Positions 27,415 to 37,863 of a stretch of DNA of 51,868 nt are shown here, piece by piece; position 1 is the stretch's first letter, and each line of letters starts with the position of its first letter. Source of the DNA: Pseudomonadota bacterium (lineage in GTDB: Bacteria; Bdellovibrionota; FAC87; UBA2466). A program made the translations under genes and the position numbers. The notes beneath the pieces were generated by a model. It was given only the letters and a program-made list of their open reading frames with translations. It ran no database searches and was not told the origin of the DNA. The DNA lies in assembly GCA_043767805.1 (NCBI GenBank), contig JAYUGC010000167.1, positions 1 to 51,868 of the forward strand, read 5' to 3'.

Positions 27415-27419
27415 GGATC

Positions 27420-28676
27420 TTACAAATACGGCTCGAGGACTTTGGGAATCGAGAACGTGCCGTCCGCCTTTTGGTAATTTTCCATGATGGCGATGAGCGT
27501 GCGGCCCACCGCGAGGCCTGAGCCGTTTAGCGTGTGCACGAACTGCACCTTACCGGTCGCGGAATCACGGTAGCGGATGTTCGCCCGGCGGGCCTGATAG
27601 TCGAAGAAATTGCTGCAACTCGAAATCTCCATGAATCCATTTTCAAAGGGAGACCAGACTTCGATGTCGTAGGTTTTGCCGGAGTTGAAGCCGGTATCGC
27701 CCCCACACAGCGCCATCACCCGGTAAGGCAATCCCAAGAGCTGCAAAATCTTCTCGGCGTTGCCCGTGAGCTTTTCGTGCTCGGCGATCGAGTTTTCGGG
27801 CTTCGTGAACTTCACTAGCTCGACTTTATTGAACTGATGCTGGCGCTTCAGTCCCTTCGTGTCCTTGCCGTAGCTTCCCGCTTCCGACCGAAAGCACGGC
27901 GTGTAAGCTGCGTAAGCGATGGGTAGCTTCTTCTCGTCCAAAATTTCTTCCCGATGGTAATTCGTCACCGGAACTTCCGCGGTCGGAATCAGGAAAAAAT
28001 CGAATTTCTCGACGTGAAACACGTCTTCCGCGAACTTCGGTAATTGCCCGGTGCCGGTCAAAGAGGCCCGATTGACGATAAAGGGCGGTACCATTTCCTC
28101 GTAGCCCGCTTCCCCGTGGGTATCGAGCATGAACTGAATGAGAGCGCGCTCCAAACGAGCCCCAAGGCCCTTCACGAAGCAAAACCGCGCCCCGGTGACC
28201 TCGCCGGCCTTCTTGAAATCCAAAATCCCCAGAGCCTCGCCCATGTCGTAGTGGCTTTTGGCGGGGAACGGAAATTCCGTGGGCGTTCCCCAGCTACGCA
28301 CGCACTGGTTCTGAGCCGCTTCCTTGCCTTCCGGAACGCTGTCGTGAAGCACGTTCGGGATTTCGAGGAGCAGGCCGTGAATCTTTTCCTGAATGGGACC
28401 GACGTTCGCGTCCAAGGTCTTGATGGTGTCGGCAACCTGCTTCATCTCTTCCATGATGGCGGTCGTATCGCCGCCCGCCTTCTTGGCTTTACCGATTTCC
28501 AGGCTCGCGGCGTTTCGCTTTGCCTTCAGTACTTCGACGGTCTGAAGGGCGGTACGTCTCTCGACGTCGAGGGCGATAATCTGCTGAAGGACCGGAACCA
28601 GCTTATCGGCGTTTCTTTTTTTGAGAGATTTTTCGACTTCCGCGGTCTGGCCGGTAACGAATTTTAGGTCCAACAT
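27420..28676 (-). CDS. serS: Serine--tRNA ligase
   Basis: [52 protein letters not shown]. Confidence 0.98.
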   Translation of the reverse strand: MLDLKFVTGQTAEVEKSLKKRNADKLVPVLQQIIALDVERRTALQTVEVLKAKRNAASLEIGKAKKAGGDTTAIMEEMKQVADTIKTLDANVGPIQEKIHGLLLEIPNVLHDSVPEGKEAAQNQCVRSWGTPTEFPFPAKSHYDMGEALGILDFKKAGEVTGARFCFVKGLGARLERALIQFMLDTHGEAGYEEMVPPFIVNRASLTGTGQLPKFAEDVFHVEKFDFFLIPTAEVPVTNYHREEILDEKKLPIAYAAYTPCFRSEAGSYGKDTKGLKRQHQFNKVELVKFTKPENSIAEHEKLTGNAEKILQLLGLPYRVMALCGGDTGFNSGKTYDIEVWSPFENGFMEISSCSNFFDYQARRANIRYRDSATGKVQFVHTLNGSGLAVGRTLIAIMENYQKADGTFSIPKVLEPYL

Positions 28677-28679
28677 GCT

Positions 28680-31600
28680 CTACTGCTCGATTCTCATTTT
28701 GTTGATCAGGCCTTTGATCGTCGCCGCATCCGCGGCCGCAGGTGACCGAGAGAGGTACTTCTCGAAAGCCTTAACGCCTTCTTTGTCGCGCTGTAGCGAA
28801 TAATACACATAGCCCAATTCCCGTTGCAACTCCGGGTCGTTTTCGTCGATTTCGACGGCAAGGGAAATCGCCGCTTCCGCGCTTTCCGGCTTATTGAGGG
28901 CCCGATAGCTGCGGGAAAGGAGCAAATAGCCCCGAATCTTGTCGTAAACGAACTCGGGAGCCTTCGCGATGGAGGGAAGATTGGAGATTTTTTTGAGCTC
29001 GTCGATAGCCTTCTGGAACATCTCGTACTTCATGTAGAGCTGGGCGAGCTCGATGGTGAATTTCACGTTCTCGGGGTTGTTTTTAACTTCCTTTTCCATG
29101 GCCTCGAGCGCGAGGTCTTTACGGCGGGTCTCTTCGTACACTTTCGATAGCTCCCGATGGGCTCCCGGATAGTTGGGCGTTACGCTGATTAAGTACTTCA
29201 GCACTTTTTCGGCCGCGTCGTAGTCCTTCATCTGAACCAGAAGGTAGGACGCCTGATAAAAACCATCGCTGTTACGGCGATCGAGCAGGGAGGCAAAACG
29301 ATACTCGGCGGTCGCTTTCGGCAGGTCGCCCACGGCCTCGAGGGAACGGGCCAGCGCCATGCGCAGCTTTCCCGACTTGTTATTGAGATCGAGACCCTGG
29401 TGGTAAAACTGAATGGCGCGCCGGTGCTCTTTGTTGGATGCATACACTTCGCCTAGCGCCCAGTAGAGATTCGCGTTCTTGGGATCTTGCTCCAAGAGAT
29501 TGCGTACGAACTTGATGGCAAAATTCTTTTCGAAGTTGGCGACCTTCAGTTTCAGCCACTCGACGAGGGCGTCGTAGTTTTCGGGATTTAAGTTATAGGC
29601 TCCCTCGAAAAAACGGATGGCGTCGGTGCCGGGATCCTTGGTTTTTTCTTTCTTGAACATGAGTCGCAAGAGGCCCGCGTAGTAGAGCGTCTCGGAGTCC
29701 TTGGGATTGATCTTCGCGGCCCGCAAGAAATACGAAAGCGATTCGTTATAGTCCTTACGTTTGTAATAGTGTTTGCCCATCGCGACGTAGACGTCGAAAT
29801 CCTCGCCGGAAATCTTTTCCGCGGCTTGGAGGAGGGTCAGCGCCCGATCGAGGTTGTACTGCTCAGTTTCGAGCAGTGCCAGTTTGGTAAGGCCCTTAAC
29901 CTCGCTGCTGTCCCGATCGACGGCACGCTGAAAGACGTTCATCACGCGCTTGTAGTCGGCGTAGGAATCGGAAACTTTTTCCATCGATTCGCCGTAGCGG
30001 ATGATGGCTTTCGCGTCTTTTGGCTGCAGGAGATAAGCCGCCTGAAAAAAACGAACCGATTCGTTGGGCTTTCCCTGGCGAAGAAACTCGTCTCCCTGAT
30101 CGCGGAAATAGTTGGGGTCGTACTCTTCTTCCTGCGCCATGGCCTCGAGCTTAGTGGAAGCCGTATCACCGCCCGAGATTTTTCCTCCGATGGCGTCATC
30201 GACTTTCGGGTCGTAAAAATAGGCGAGTAGGAATCGTTTCTTCGCCGTATCTTTGTCCCCGTTATTTTCAAGCAGAAGTCCCAGGTGATAGTAGGCGCGC
30301 GCGGCGACGCTACGGTTGGCAAAACGGGCGAGCCGGCCCGCCGTCTCGTACAAGTTCTTGGCCTCGTCGAGATTGTTCTGCTGAAAGGCAATGTCCCCCA
30401 AAAGGAGGTAGCTCGGCGGATGAAAGGGATTGAGCTTGATGGCTTCCATCGCCGAAGCCCGCGCTAAAGGGAGCTCTCCCAAATCAACGGCGACGCGAGC
30501 TAAGAAGTAATGGCCACGCAGCTCCTGGGGCGCGACCCGCACCGCCTCGGAAAGAAAGCGTTTTGCTTCTCCGAGCTCGCCTCTTTGAAAGTAAACCTCG
30601 CCCATGACCAGAGCATTCACGGGGCTCGTGGGATCCGCCTCCATGGCGCTGGTTAGAAAGTCCCGGGCAGCGTCGAGCTTAGCTTCGTGAAGAGCGACCA
30701 AACCCTCCACGCGGTAGAAATCGCTCAAGTGCGGATCGGAAGCGCGGCCTTGGCGCACGGCCGCCGCGATGTCGGCAGGAAATGACTCACTTTGAAGCTC
30801 GGTACCGAGGAGCCGGGCCATGGCCTCCGCCATCTTGCCGAGCACCTTGGCATTTCCCCCATCCAGACTCTGAGCTTCTTTGTACGCTTCGAGTGCGCCC
30901 GCATAGTGCGGGGGCGTGTCCGCGAGCCGAAGGAGATTGCCCTCTTCGAGAAGGGCGGTGACCTGCTCTTCTTTTGAGAGCGAGTTTTGAAGAAACTGGC
31001 GCACCCCTCCGGATTTTTCGAGTTTCTCAGGCGCTTCGGGTGTCGAACTACCGAGCTTAAAGAGAAGAACCAGAAGAAGGACGGCGACCGCGCCGTAAAC
31101 CAGGGGCGGACGGCCCTTGCCGCGTTTTTTCTCAGGGATGATTTCCGGCGTGGGCATCGCCGGCTCGGGCGGTAACTCTTCGAGATGGGCGGTTGGCTCC
31201 GCCTCGACGCCTTCCCGATCAAAGCCGGCCTTTACGTCTGCTTCGAGCTTGATGAGATCCGTCGCGCCGACCGGCTCGGGCCTTTCGTATTGCGGCTCGT
31301 CCGCGCTCGCTTGACCGTTAGCGTCGGCAAAGAGCTCGTCGATGACCGACTGATGCACGGTCGCGCCGAACTCTTTATGATCTTGGGAAAGCTGCCGCGT
31401 TCTCTGCGGATCGTCTTTTCGGCTCTTTGAATGCGTGGCTTCCTTTTTGCGCGCGGAACGCGATTTTAGATCGGAAGCGACGCTCGAATTGGGATCGGGA
31501 GGATTGGCCGGCTGTTCCATTTCACTGCCGAGCAGACGACGTATGAACGCGTCATAAAACTGGGGGTGAGTCGACATCCTCACCCAGCGGTCGTGGGGAT

Positions 31601-31730
31601 CCGCCGCAACCTCTTCGTCTCCCGTATAGCGTCCCTGCAGGATGCGCTTAACGAGATCGCGCGCCGTGTAAGTCCCAAGGACTTCCCTACGCTTATTACG
31701 GACCTGAAATGTCAAACCCTTGGAATTCAT
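28680..31730 (-). CDS. Large TPR-repeat membrane protein with GYF_2-like N-terminal domain
   Basis: N-terminal GTYT..L...I..G.Y.G.E...W..M..HP.F, disordered linker, one TM, many TPR units. Confidence 0.85.
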   Translation of the reverse strand: MNSKGLTFQVRNKRREVLGTYTARDLVKRILQGRYTGDEEVAADPHDRWVRMSTHPQFYDAFIRRLLGSEMEQPANPPDPNSSVASDLKSRSARKKEATHSKSRKDDPQRTRQLSQDHKEFGATVHQSVIDELFADANGQASADEPQYERPEPVGATDLIKLEADVKAGFDREGVEAEPTAHLEELPPEPAMPTPEIIPEKKRGKGRPPLVYGAVAVLLLVLLFKLGSSTPEAPEKLEKSGGVRQFLQNSLSKEEQVTALLEEGNLLRLADTPPHYAGALEAYKEAQSLDGGNAKVLGKMAEAMARLLGTELQSESFPADIAAAVRQGRASDPHLSDFYRVEGLVALHEAKLDAARDFLTSAMEADPTSPVNALVMGEVYFQRGELGEAKRFLSEAVRVAPQELRGHYFLARVAVDLGELPLARASAMEAIKLNPFHPPSYLLLGDIAFQQNNLDEAKNLYETAGRLARFANRSVAARAYYHLGLLLENNGDKDTAKKRFLLAYFYDPKVDDAIGGKISGGDTASTKLEAMAQEEEYDPNYFRDQGDEFLRQGKPNESVRFFQAAYLLQPKDAKAIIRYGESMEKVSDSYADYKRVMNVFQRAVDRDSSEVKGLTKLALLETEQYNLDRALTLLQAAEKISGEDFDVYVAMGKHYYKRKDYNESLSYFLRAAKINPKDSETLYYAGLLRLMFKKEKTKDPGTDAIRFFEGAYNLNPENYDALVEWLKLKVANFEKNFAIKFVRNLLEQDPKNANLYWALGEVYASNKEHRRAIQFYHQGLDLNNKSGKLRMALARSLEAVGDLPKATAEYRFASLLDRRNSDGFYQASYLLVQMKDYDAAEKVLKYLISVTPNYPGAHRELSKVYEETRRKDLALEAMEKEVKNNPENVKFTIELAQLYMKYEMFQKAIDELKKISNLPSIAKAPEFVYDKIRGYLLLSRSYRALNKPESAEAAISLAVEIDENDPELQRELGYVYYSLQRDKEGVKAFEKYLSRSPAAADAATIKGLINKMRIEQ

Positions 31731-31866
31731 CGGTTTTTCTATTAAGCGGGCGCGGGGGGGTCTTTGAGGGGGGTGCTCCTTATATTGTATCTGGAGCGCC
31801 GCCCGCGAGCCAGCCCGACCGCCAAAAGGAGAACGAATTCGAGCGCCTATCGGATATGATGACTTA

Positions 31867-32331
31867 ATGAATTTCTCATTGGGTCACTGGGGGTGGGGGG
31901 TCGGCAGTTACTTCCTTTTTCACGCCATCCACGCGCTGACCTGGAATCTGCGCCGCCCGAAGCGAGATTTCCTCTGGCTCTTCGCTCTTTTTTTTCTCCC
32001 GGTGCCGGTGCTTTTCTTCAAAGCCGGAATCGGCGCGGCCTTGATTCATTTTTGGCTGAGCGCTCAGTACGTGGCGATCTATCCAGCCTTTCAAGCGTCC
32101 TCGCCCACGTTGCATTTGCTCGCCGCCTTGGCCGCGGAAAAATCCGGACTCGATGAGCCCTCCCTGCTCAGGGCGGCGGCAGAGGTAGATCGCGAAGAAG
32201 AGCGGATAGGATCGCTCCGGCAGGGCGGCTTCGTTCACACCAGTGGAGACTTGAGCTTTCTGGGGCGCAGTCTCGCTCGTTGCTTTCTCGGTTACCGTTC
32301 TTGGCTCGGCCTTTCGGAGGGACGGGGATGA
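31867..32331 (+). CDS. Small membrane protein, hypothetical
   Basis: About three TM segments and a soluble C-terminus; ATGA overlap with the next gene. Confidence 0.7.
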   Translation: MNFSLGHWGWGVGSYFLFHAIHALTWNLRRPKRDFLWLFALFFLPVPVLFFKAGIGAALIHFWLSAQYVAIYPAFQASSPTLHLLAALAAEKSGLDEPSLLRAAAEVDREEERIGSLRQGGFVHTSGDLSFLGRSLARCFLGYRSWLGLSEGRG

Positions 32332-32888
32332 CCATGTTTAGCGCCCTCGCCTTGGGATTCGGAGCTCCGTTGGGTTTTGCGCTCATTCACGGCGCGCTCA
32401 TTCGCCTTCCTTTCACGCGCGGGTTTCCGTCGCAAAAAACCGCGGCGGTGAGCTGTAGCTTCGGTGTCGTCTTGGAAACGGCCGCTTGGCTTTCCTTTTT
32501 GGGAACCGAAAGCGGAAACCTCTGGTTCGCCGGAATCGTTTCCGTCGCCACCGCTCACGTTTACTTTCATTTTTTCAATATGAGCGAGACCGCTCGCCGC
32601 ATTCGTCACTTGGTCGCCAGGTACCGAGGCGTGGAGCCCAAAGCCGAGAGCGGATCCGCGCGCAAAGCGATCCTGCGGCTCAACCGATTGGAAGCTCTAG
32701 GTGAGATCGAGCGTTCGGGACTCAGGTTTAAGAGCCGGCACGGCACGCTGACCTGGGCCGCCCGGGCGATGGTGCTCTACGAAGGCTGGCTCTTTCCCGA
32801 AAGACTTAACTACCACCGAGGATCGCTTCCAAAAACGGGCGCGCCTGAAAAGGGATCAAGTCCTCCGCCGCTTCCCCAACCCCGATAA
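32328..32888 (+). CDS. Small membrane protein, hypothetical (architecture like the upstream gene)
   Basis: GGAGG RBS before ATG 32328; TMs followed by FHFFNMSETARRIR..RLNRL. Confidence 0.7.
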   Translation: MTMFSALALGFGAPLGFALIHGALIRLPFTRGFPSQKTAAVSCSFGVVLETAAWLSFLGTESGNLWFAGIVSVATAHVYFHFFNMSETARRIRHLVARYRGVEPKAESGSARKAILRLNRLEALGEIERSGLRFKSRHGTLTWAARAMVLYEGWLFPERLNYHRGSLPKTGAPEKGSSPPPLPQPR

Positions 32889-33945
32889 AACGAATGGGGA
32901 GCTTCAGCTCCGCCGCGACGCTGAGAATGGCGCCGCCCTTGGCGGTGCCGTCGAGCTTCGTGACCACGACGCCCGTAAGATCCAAGGTCTTTTGAAATTC
33001 TTTCGCCTGAGCGATAGAGTTCTGGCCGGCGGTGCCGTCCAAGACGAGCCAGATTTCGTGAGGCGCTTCGGGCATCACCTTTTTAATGACCCGGTGAATT
33101 TTTTTGAGCTCTTCCATGAGGGGAGCCTTGGTGTGCAGGCGCCCCGCCGTATCGAGGAGCACCACATCCACGCCGCGAGAAACTCCAGCTTGCACAGCAT
33201 CAAACGCCACCGCGCCCGGATCCGCGCCTTCCCGTCCCGTTACGAACTGCGCGCCGGTGCGGTCCGACCAAACTTTCAGCTGACCGATGGCCGCCGCGCG
33301 AAAGGTATCACCCGCGCCGAGCAAAACGGTTTTGCCTTCATTCGTAAATCGCTGCGCGAGCTTACCGATGGTGGTGGTTTTCCCCGCGCCGTTTACTCCC
33401 ACGACGCTAATCACGTACGGCTTCGGTAGAACACCCGTGGGAGAACCGTGGTTCATCCCAGCCATGAGAGACTCGCCCTCTTCTCTCAGCATCTTTCTCA
33501 AGTCCTGACTCGAGTCCGTCTTCAACCGGAGCTTAATCGCCTCTAAAAGCTTGCCGACGGTTTGAATCCCGACGTCGCCCGCGAGAAGCGCTTCTTCGAG
33601 CTGCTCCCACTCGGAATCGAGAATGGTCTCTCCCGAGGATTTTCCGAAGAGCTTACCGATTTTCCCGAGAATCCCGCCGCGAGTGCGCGTCAGCCGGTCG
33701 GCAAGAATGGAGCCCGACGAGACCGGGACCGGCTTCACCTTTACAGGCGGAGGCGGCGGAGCGAGCTCAATGTCAGGAACATAAGTCTTTGGCGTTTCGA
33801 GAGTGGCCGGGGCTTTCGAGACAGGCTCGTCGGAAACGGCGGGTGGAGCTTTCGGTTTACGGCCCTTTAGCCACACCATAGCGGCAACGAGCAAAACCAA
33901 AGCGACACCGAGAACGGGAAGCACGGCTGACCAATCCAAATTCAT
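32806..33945 (-). CDS. ftsY: Signal recognition particle receptor with N-terminal TM anchor
   Basis: GVNGAGKTTT, DTFRAAA, DTAGRLH, TKLDGTAKGG. Confidence 0.97.
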   Translation of the reverse strand: MNLDWSAVLPVLGVALVLLVAAMVWLKGRKPKAPPAVSDEPVSKAPATLETPKTYVPDIELAPPPPPVKVKPVPVSSGSILADRLTRTRGGILGKIGKLFGKSSGETILDSEWEQLEEALLAGDVGIQTVGKLLEAIKLRLKTDSSQDLRKMLREEGESLMAGMNHGSPTGVLPKPYVISVVGVNGAGKTTTIGKLAQRFTNEGKTVLLGAGDTFRAAAIGQLKVWSDRTGAQFVTGREGADPGAVAFDAVQAGVSRGVDVVLLDTAGRLHTKAPLMEELKKIHRVIKKVMPEAPHEIWLVLDGTAGQNSIAQAKEFQKTLDLTGVVVTKLDGTAKGGAILSVAAELKLPIRFIGVGEAAEDLIPFQARPFLEAILGGS

Positions 33946-33975
33946 AGCGGGGCCGGTTTTACCCCACGGACTGGC

Positions 33976-35400
33976 TTAGAGGGAACTGATTTCCGGCTCG
34001 GGCTCGGAGGGAGGAGCGGGAGCTTCCGGAGCGGCGACGATGACCGGTTCCAAGTTCTCTAAATAGCGATAAATCGTGCGAGGATGCACGCCCAGGAGAG
34101 TCGCCGTGAGCTTCTTGTCGCCCTTTGTCCAGCGCAGCGTCTCGTCCATTACCATCTGCTCGACTTGGCGCAGAGGCGTGCCGATGGGAACCACCAGACT
34201 CATCCGACGCTCCGTCTTGCCGACCTCCGGAGGTAGATCTTCGATTTGAATGACGCCGTGGCGGTTGAGCACCACCACGCGCTCCATGAGATTCTGTAGC
34301 TCACGCACATTGCCGGGCCAGCCGTAATGCACGAGGCACTCGAGCGCATCGTTCGAAATGAGCGGCACGGGACGGCCGTTCTTGCGCGCCGACTCCTCGA
34401 TGAATTTCTTGGCGAGCATCGGCACGTCGTCTTTTCTTTCGCGCAGCGGGGGCACGTTGAAGTGAATGACGTTCAAGCGGTAATAAAGATCCTCGCGCAT
34501 CTGGCCGGTTTGGATGGCGCTCTTTAAATCCGTGTTCGTCGCGCTAATGACCCGCGTGTCCACCTTCAAGGTCTCGTTACTGCCCAGGCGCTCAAACTCG
34601 CCTTCTTGCAGAAAGCGCAGAAGCTTCGCCTGAAAGGTCAGAGGCGCGATGCCAATTTCATCGAGGAACAAGGTTCCCTGATGAGCGATCTCGACGCGGC
34701 CCTTTTTACGGCGATTGGCTCCGGTAAAAGCGCCGGGCTCATAACCGAAAAGCTCCGCTTCGAGGAGGTTTTCGGGAATGGCGGTGCAGTTGATCTTTAC
34801 GAACACGCCGCTCGCGACATCGCTATTGCGATGAATGTACTCGGCGAGCACGCCCTTGCCGGTTCCGCTCTCGCCTTCGATGAGCACGTTCGCGCGGCTT
34901 CGAGCCGATTGCTGGGCGATATCGGTGAGCCGGCGCATGGACTCGGAGCGGCCGAGCATCTCATGGCTCGAGTCACCCAAGGTGGAGCGCAGCTCTTCTT
35001 TCAAACAAAGGTTTTCGTGGACGAGCTGGCGTTTTTCGAGGGCCTTGTGGACGGTACGAAGCACCTGGATGCGCTGGAGGGGCTTCGTAATGAAATCGTA
35101 AGCGCCTTTCTTCATCGCTTCCACCGCGAGTTGCACGGTGCCATAAGCGGTCATTAAGATGACTTCGACGGAAGGATCCAACGCCTTCGCGGCTTCGAGT
35201 AGGCTCAGGCCATCCATGGAATCCATGCGCAAATCGGTGAGCATGACATCCAAGGAACCTTGCCGGATGCGAGAGAGCGCTTCGTGGGGATTTTGACAGA
35301 GCTCGACGGTTGCCCCATCGCTTTTTAGGATCCGCTCCAAGGACTCTAGATTGGGAAGCTCATCATCGACGACTAAGATGCGGTAGGCGTTCATCAACAT
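33976..35400 (-). CDS. Sigma54-dependent response regulator (NtrC-family bEBP)
   Basis: Receiver domain, GESGTGK, intact GAFTGA, FLDEIG, WPGNVRELQN, Fis-type HTH. Confidence 0.95.
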   Translation of the reverse strand: MLMNAYRILVVDDELPNLESLERILKSDGATVELCQNPHEALSRIRQGSLDVMLTDLRMDSMDGLSLLEAAKALDPSVEVILMTAYGTVQLAVEAMKKGAYDFITKPLQRIQVLRTVHKALEKRQLVHENLCLKEELRSTLGDSSHEMLGRSESMRRLTDIAQQSARSRANVLIEGESGTGKGVLAEYIHRNSDVASGVFVKINCTAIPENLLEAELFGYEPGAFTGANRRKKGRVEIAHQGTLFLDEIGIAPLTFQAKLLRFLQEGEFERLGSNETLKVDTRVISATNTDLKSAIQTGQMREDLYYRLNVIHFNVPPLRERKDDVPMLAKKFIEESARKNGRPVPLISNDALECLVHYGWPGNVRELQNLMERVVVLNRHGVIQIEDLPPEVGKTERRMSLVVPIGTPLRQVEQMVMDETLRWTKGDKKLTATLLGVHPRTIYRYLENLEPVIVAAPEAPAPPSEPEPEISSL

Positions 35401-36866
35401 TCTCCGACGCGGATTTCCCGGTCGACAGGGAACTTAAAGGTGAAGGTGGTACCCTCGCCGATCTCGCTATTGCACTCGACGGTGCCTTGCGCTTCTTCGA
35501 CGATACTTTTGGTCAGCATCAGGCCGAGGCCCGTGCCGTTTGGTTTGGTGGTGAAAAACGGATTGAAAGTGCGCCGGCGGGTGGCTTCGTTCATGCCGTA
35601 TCCCGAATCGGTCACTTCCACGCGAAGGACGTTATCTTGAATCACGCTTTTCACGCGCAAATGGCCGCCGTTCGGCATGGCTTCGCGCGCGTTGCGGAAA
35701 ATATTGAGAAGCGCTTGCTTCAAGCGGCTGCGGTCGGAGCGCACGAAGATTTCCTGGTCGACGAGCTGCATGTCGACGTTAATGTTGCGCTGCTTGTGCT
35801 CTTCCTTCGAGAAATCCAGGATCTCGTTAATGAGCTCATTGATGCCGGTTCTCTGTTCTCCCGTGGTCGGCATGCGCGCACGCACGAGGTAGCTTTCCGT
35901 AATGAGATGCAGCCGCTCGATTTCCTTGGAAATGCTGGCAAGCGTTCGCTTCACTTCGGAATGATTACTTTGGAGCTCGTGTTCCAACCAGTCGATATTG
36001 AGACTGATGGCGTTCAAGGGGTTTCGGATCTCGTGCACGATCTCCGCGGAGAGCTGTCCCACCGCCGCCAGACGCTCGGACTGCAAAAGCTCATCCTGCT
36101 GTTTCAAAATCTTATTGTCTCGCTCGGCCAGCGCCGAAAGCATGCGGTTATATTCCCGCGCGAGCAAAGAAACCTCATCCTTATCCGAGGACTTAACCTT
36201 CAAGCTCTGGTTGAAATCGCCGTCGGCGATCTTGCGAATGCTCGAGATGAGAGTCGGCAGCGGCGCGAGCACGCGGTGCGAGAGCCAGCCTGCAAAGCCG
36301 CCAAACACCACGGCGAGCACGATACCAACGAGACTCGTCACCAGGTTGTCCTTGTTTTCGGCCTGAGCGGCGAGCGTGATGCGCTGGCATTCGTCGTCGA
36401 CTCGGCTGGAAACACGTTTCAGCGTCGTACGTAGCTCGCTGAACGTTTCTTCGAGCTTTGTTTTGTCGGTTACGACCACGAAGCCATCGAAGGAACTGCG
36501 CGCCTTGGTCATCAGCTGGCGGAGCTCTTCCACCATCGGAGAGCCTTCGTGCTTGAGAAGAAGCTGATCGGCCGCTTCGAACTTCTTGTGAATGAGGTAA
36601 GGGTATAGATCGCGGACCGTGCGAGAGAAGGTGCTCGACTGTGAGGTAGCCTCCGCTTGAGCCAAGTAGCGGCGCACGTCCTCGGCGAGCCCTTGCGAGT
36701 TACCTTGGAGCTGCACCACGATGCGAGAGAGAGGTAGGAAGAGCTCGTTCACTAGCTCTAGACGCGTGTTCGCACGGCTTGCTCTGAGAAAGTTGTTCAC
36801 GCTGGCTCCGCCGAAGAAAACCAGCAGAGCCATGAAACAACCGATGACTTGTGCGCGAATGCTCAT
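35394..36866 (-). CDS. HAMP-domain sensor histidine kinase
   Basis: Two TMs, HAMP, HEIRNPL, N/G1/F/G2 boxes (DSGYG, PFFTTK, GTGLGL). Confidence 0.95.
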   Translation of the reverse strand: MSIRAQVIGCFMALLVFFGGASVNNFLRASRANTRLELVNELFLPLSRIVVQLQGNSQGLAEDVRRYLAQAEATSQSSTFSRTVRDLYPYLIHKKFEAADQLLLKHEGSPMVEELRQLMTKARSSFDGFVVVTDKTKLEETFSELRTTLKRVSSRVDDECQRITLAAQAENKDNLVTSLVGIVLAVVFGGFAGWLSHRVLAPLPTLISSIRKIADGDFNQSLKVKSSDKDEVSLLAREYNRMLSALAERDNKILKQQDELLQSERLAAVGQLSAEIVHEIRNPLNAISLNIDWLEHELQSNHSEVKRTLASISKEIERLHLITESYLVRARMPTTGEQRTGINELINEILDFSKEEHKQRNINVDMQLVDQEIFVRSDRSRLKQALLNIFRNAREAMPNGGHLRVKSVIQDNVLRVEVTDSGYGMNEATRRRTFNPFFTTKPNGTGLGLMLTKSIVEEAQGTVECNSEIGEGTTFTFKFPVDREIRVGEC

Positions 36867-36960
36867 GGGTGGGCGACGAACGAGGCTTTGGCCCCGAACT
36901 TTAAGAGTCCGTAGAAAGTCGAAGTTTTCTTGGGGAGCGTGGGTCTAAGAGGTCAGGGGA

Positions 36961-37767
36961 CTAGAAACTAGCGCGAACGGTGGCGCCGTAGGAGGCTGCG
37001 CCGCCGGTTTTCAAGACGTAAGTCGCCAGGGCCGAGATGTCGAGGTAACGACCAAGAATGACACCCAAACGGCCACCGACCTGGTGATCGCCCGCCGTTT
37101 TCAAATACGTGTAGGAGCCGCCGAGATAGGCGTACTGAGAGCCGTAAGTGCCCGCGAAGTACGGCGACATGTCGGCGGTGTTACTGAGATCGTTGAACAA
37201 GACGCCGCCCTCGATGCTCTGATTCGAGCGGAACGAGTAACCGACACCGATGTTGCCACTCTTGGTATTCGTGCCGGACGTGGCGCCGAGAGTCGTGCCG
37301 AAACCAACGCCGAGACTGGGGCCCATGCGCTGAGGTCCGTTCAGGTTCACGGTCGCCCCAAGAGCTCCATCGTTCGTACGCAGGGTTTCCAAAGAGCGGG
37401 AATAGCTCGCGCCTACCGTCAGCTTGTCTTTCATGAAGCTCATGCCGACGCCAGCTCCGACCGAGCTCGTCGCGTTACTTCCGAGATCCGTACCGGAGCG
37501 AGAGTAGAAGGCGCCGAGCCCGAGCTGGCCGTTACCGTAGACGAACGAGGGAGTGAGGGCCTGGTTTGAAGAACCGTTCACTTTCGTATAACCCGTTTCG
37601 AAAGCCATTCCGTAACTGAGCGGAAACTGTCCCGGGTTAGCGAAGCTATTGTTGTCGGGGAAGAGAAACCCGAGTCCACCGCGGATGATTTTCGTGCTCT
37701 TGTCGGCGTGAGCCGGGAGCGAAAGAGCCGCTGCAAGAACTAGAAAGAGAAACGATGTATTTTTCAT
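36961..37767 (-). CDS. Probable outer-membrane beta-barrel protein
   Basis: Signal peptide (AHA|D), Gly/Ser/Thr-rich beta-strands, terminal YGATVRASF. Confidence 0.75.
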   Translation of the reverse strand: MKNTSFLFLVLAAALSLPAHADKSTKIIRGGLGFLFPDNNSFANPGQFPLSYGMAFETGYTKVNGSSNQALTPSFVYGNGQLGLGAFYSRSGTDLGSNATSSVGAGVGMSFMKDKLTVGASYSRSLETLRTNDGALGATVNLNGPQRMGPSLGVGFGTTLGATSGTNTKSGNIGVGYSFRSNQSIEGGVLFNDLSNTADMSPYFAGTYGSQYAYLGGSYTYLKTAGDHQVGGRLGVILGRYLDISALATYVLKTGGAASYGATVRASF

Positions 37768-37863
37768 ATTGGGCTCCCGAGAGATAGGAAAAGCCGGGCG
37801 AGTTTGAACCTACCAATATAGCTTATGACATTTTGTCGAAAAGATCGAGCCGAGCCCCGCCAT

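Noticed and set aside
31746..31806. G-runs and a GC-rich hairpin upstream of the TPR gene
   Set aside because: Short stems are expected at this GC content; no supporting pattern
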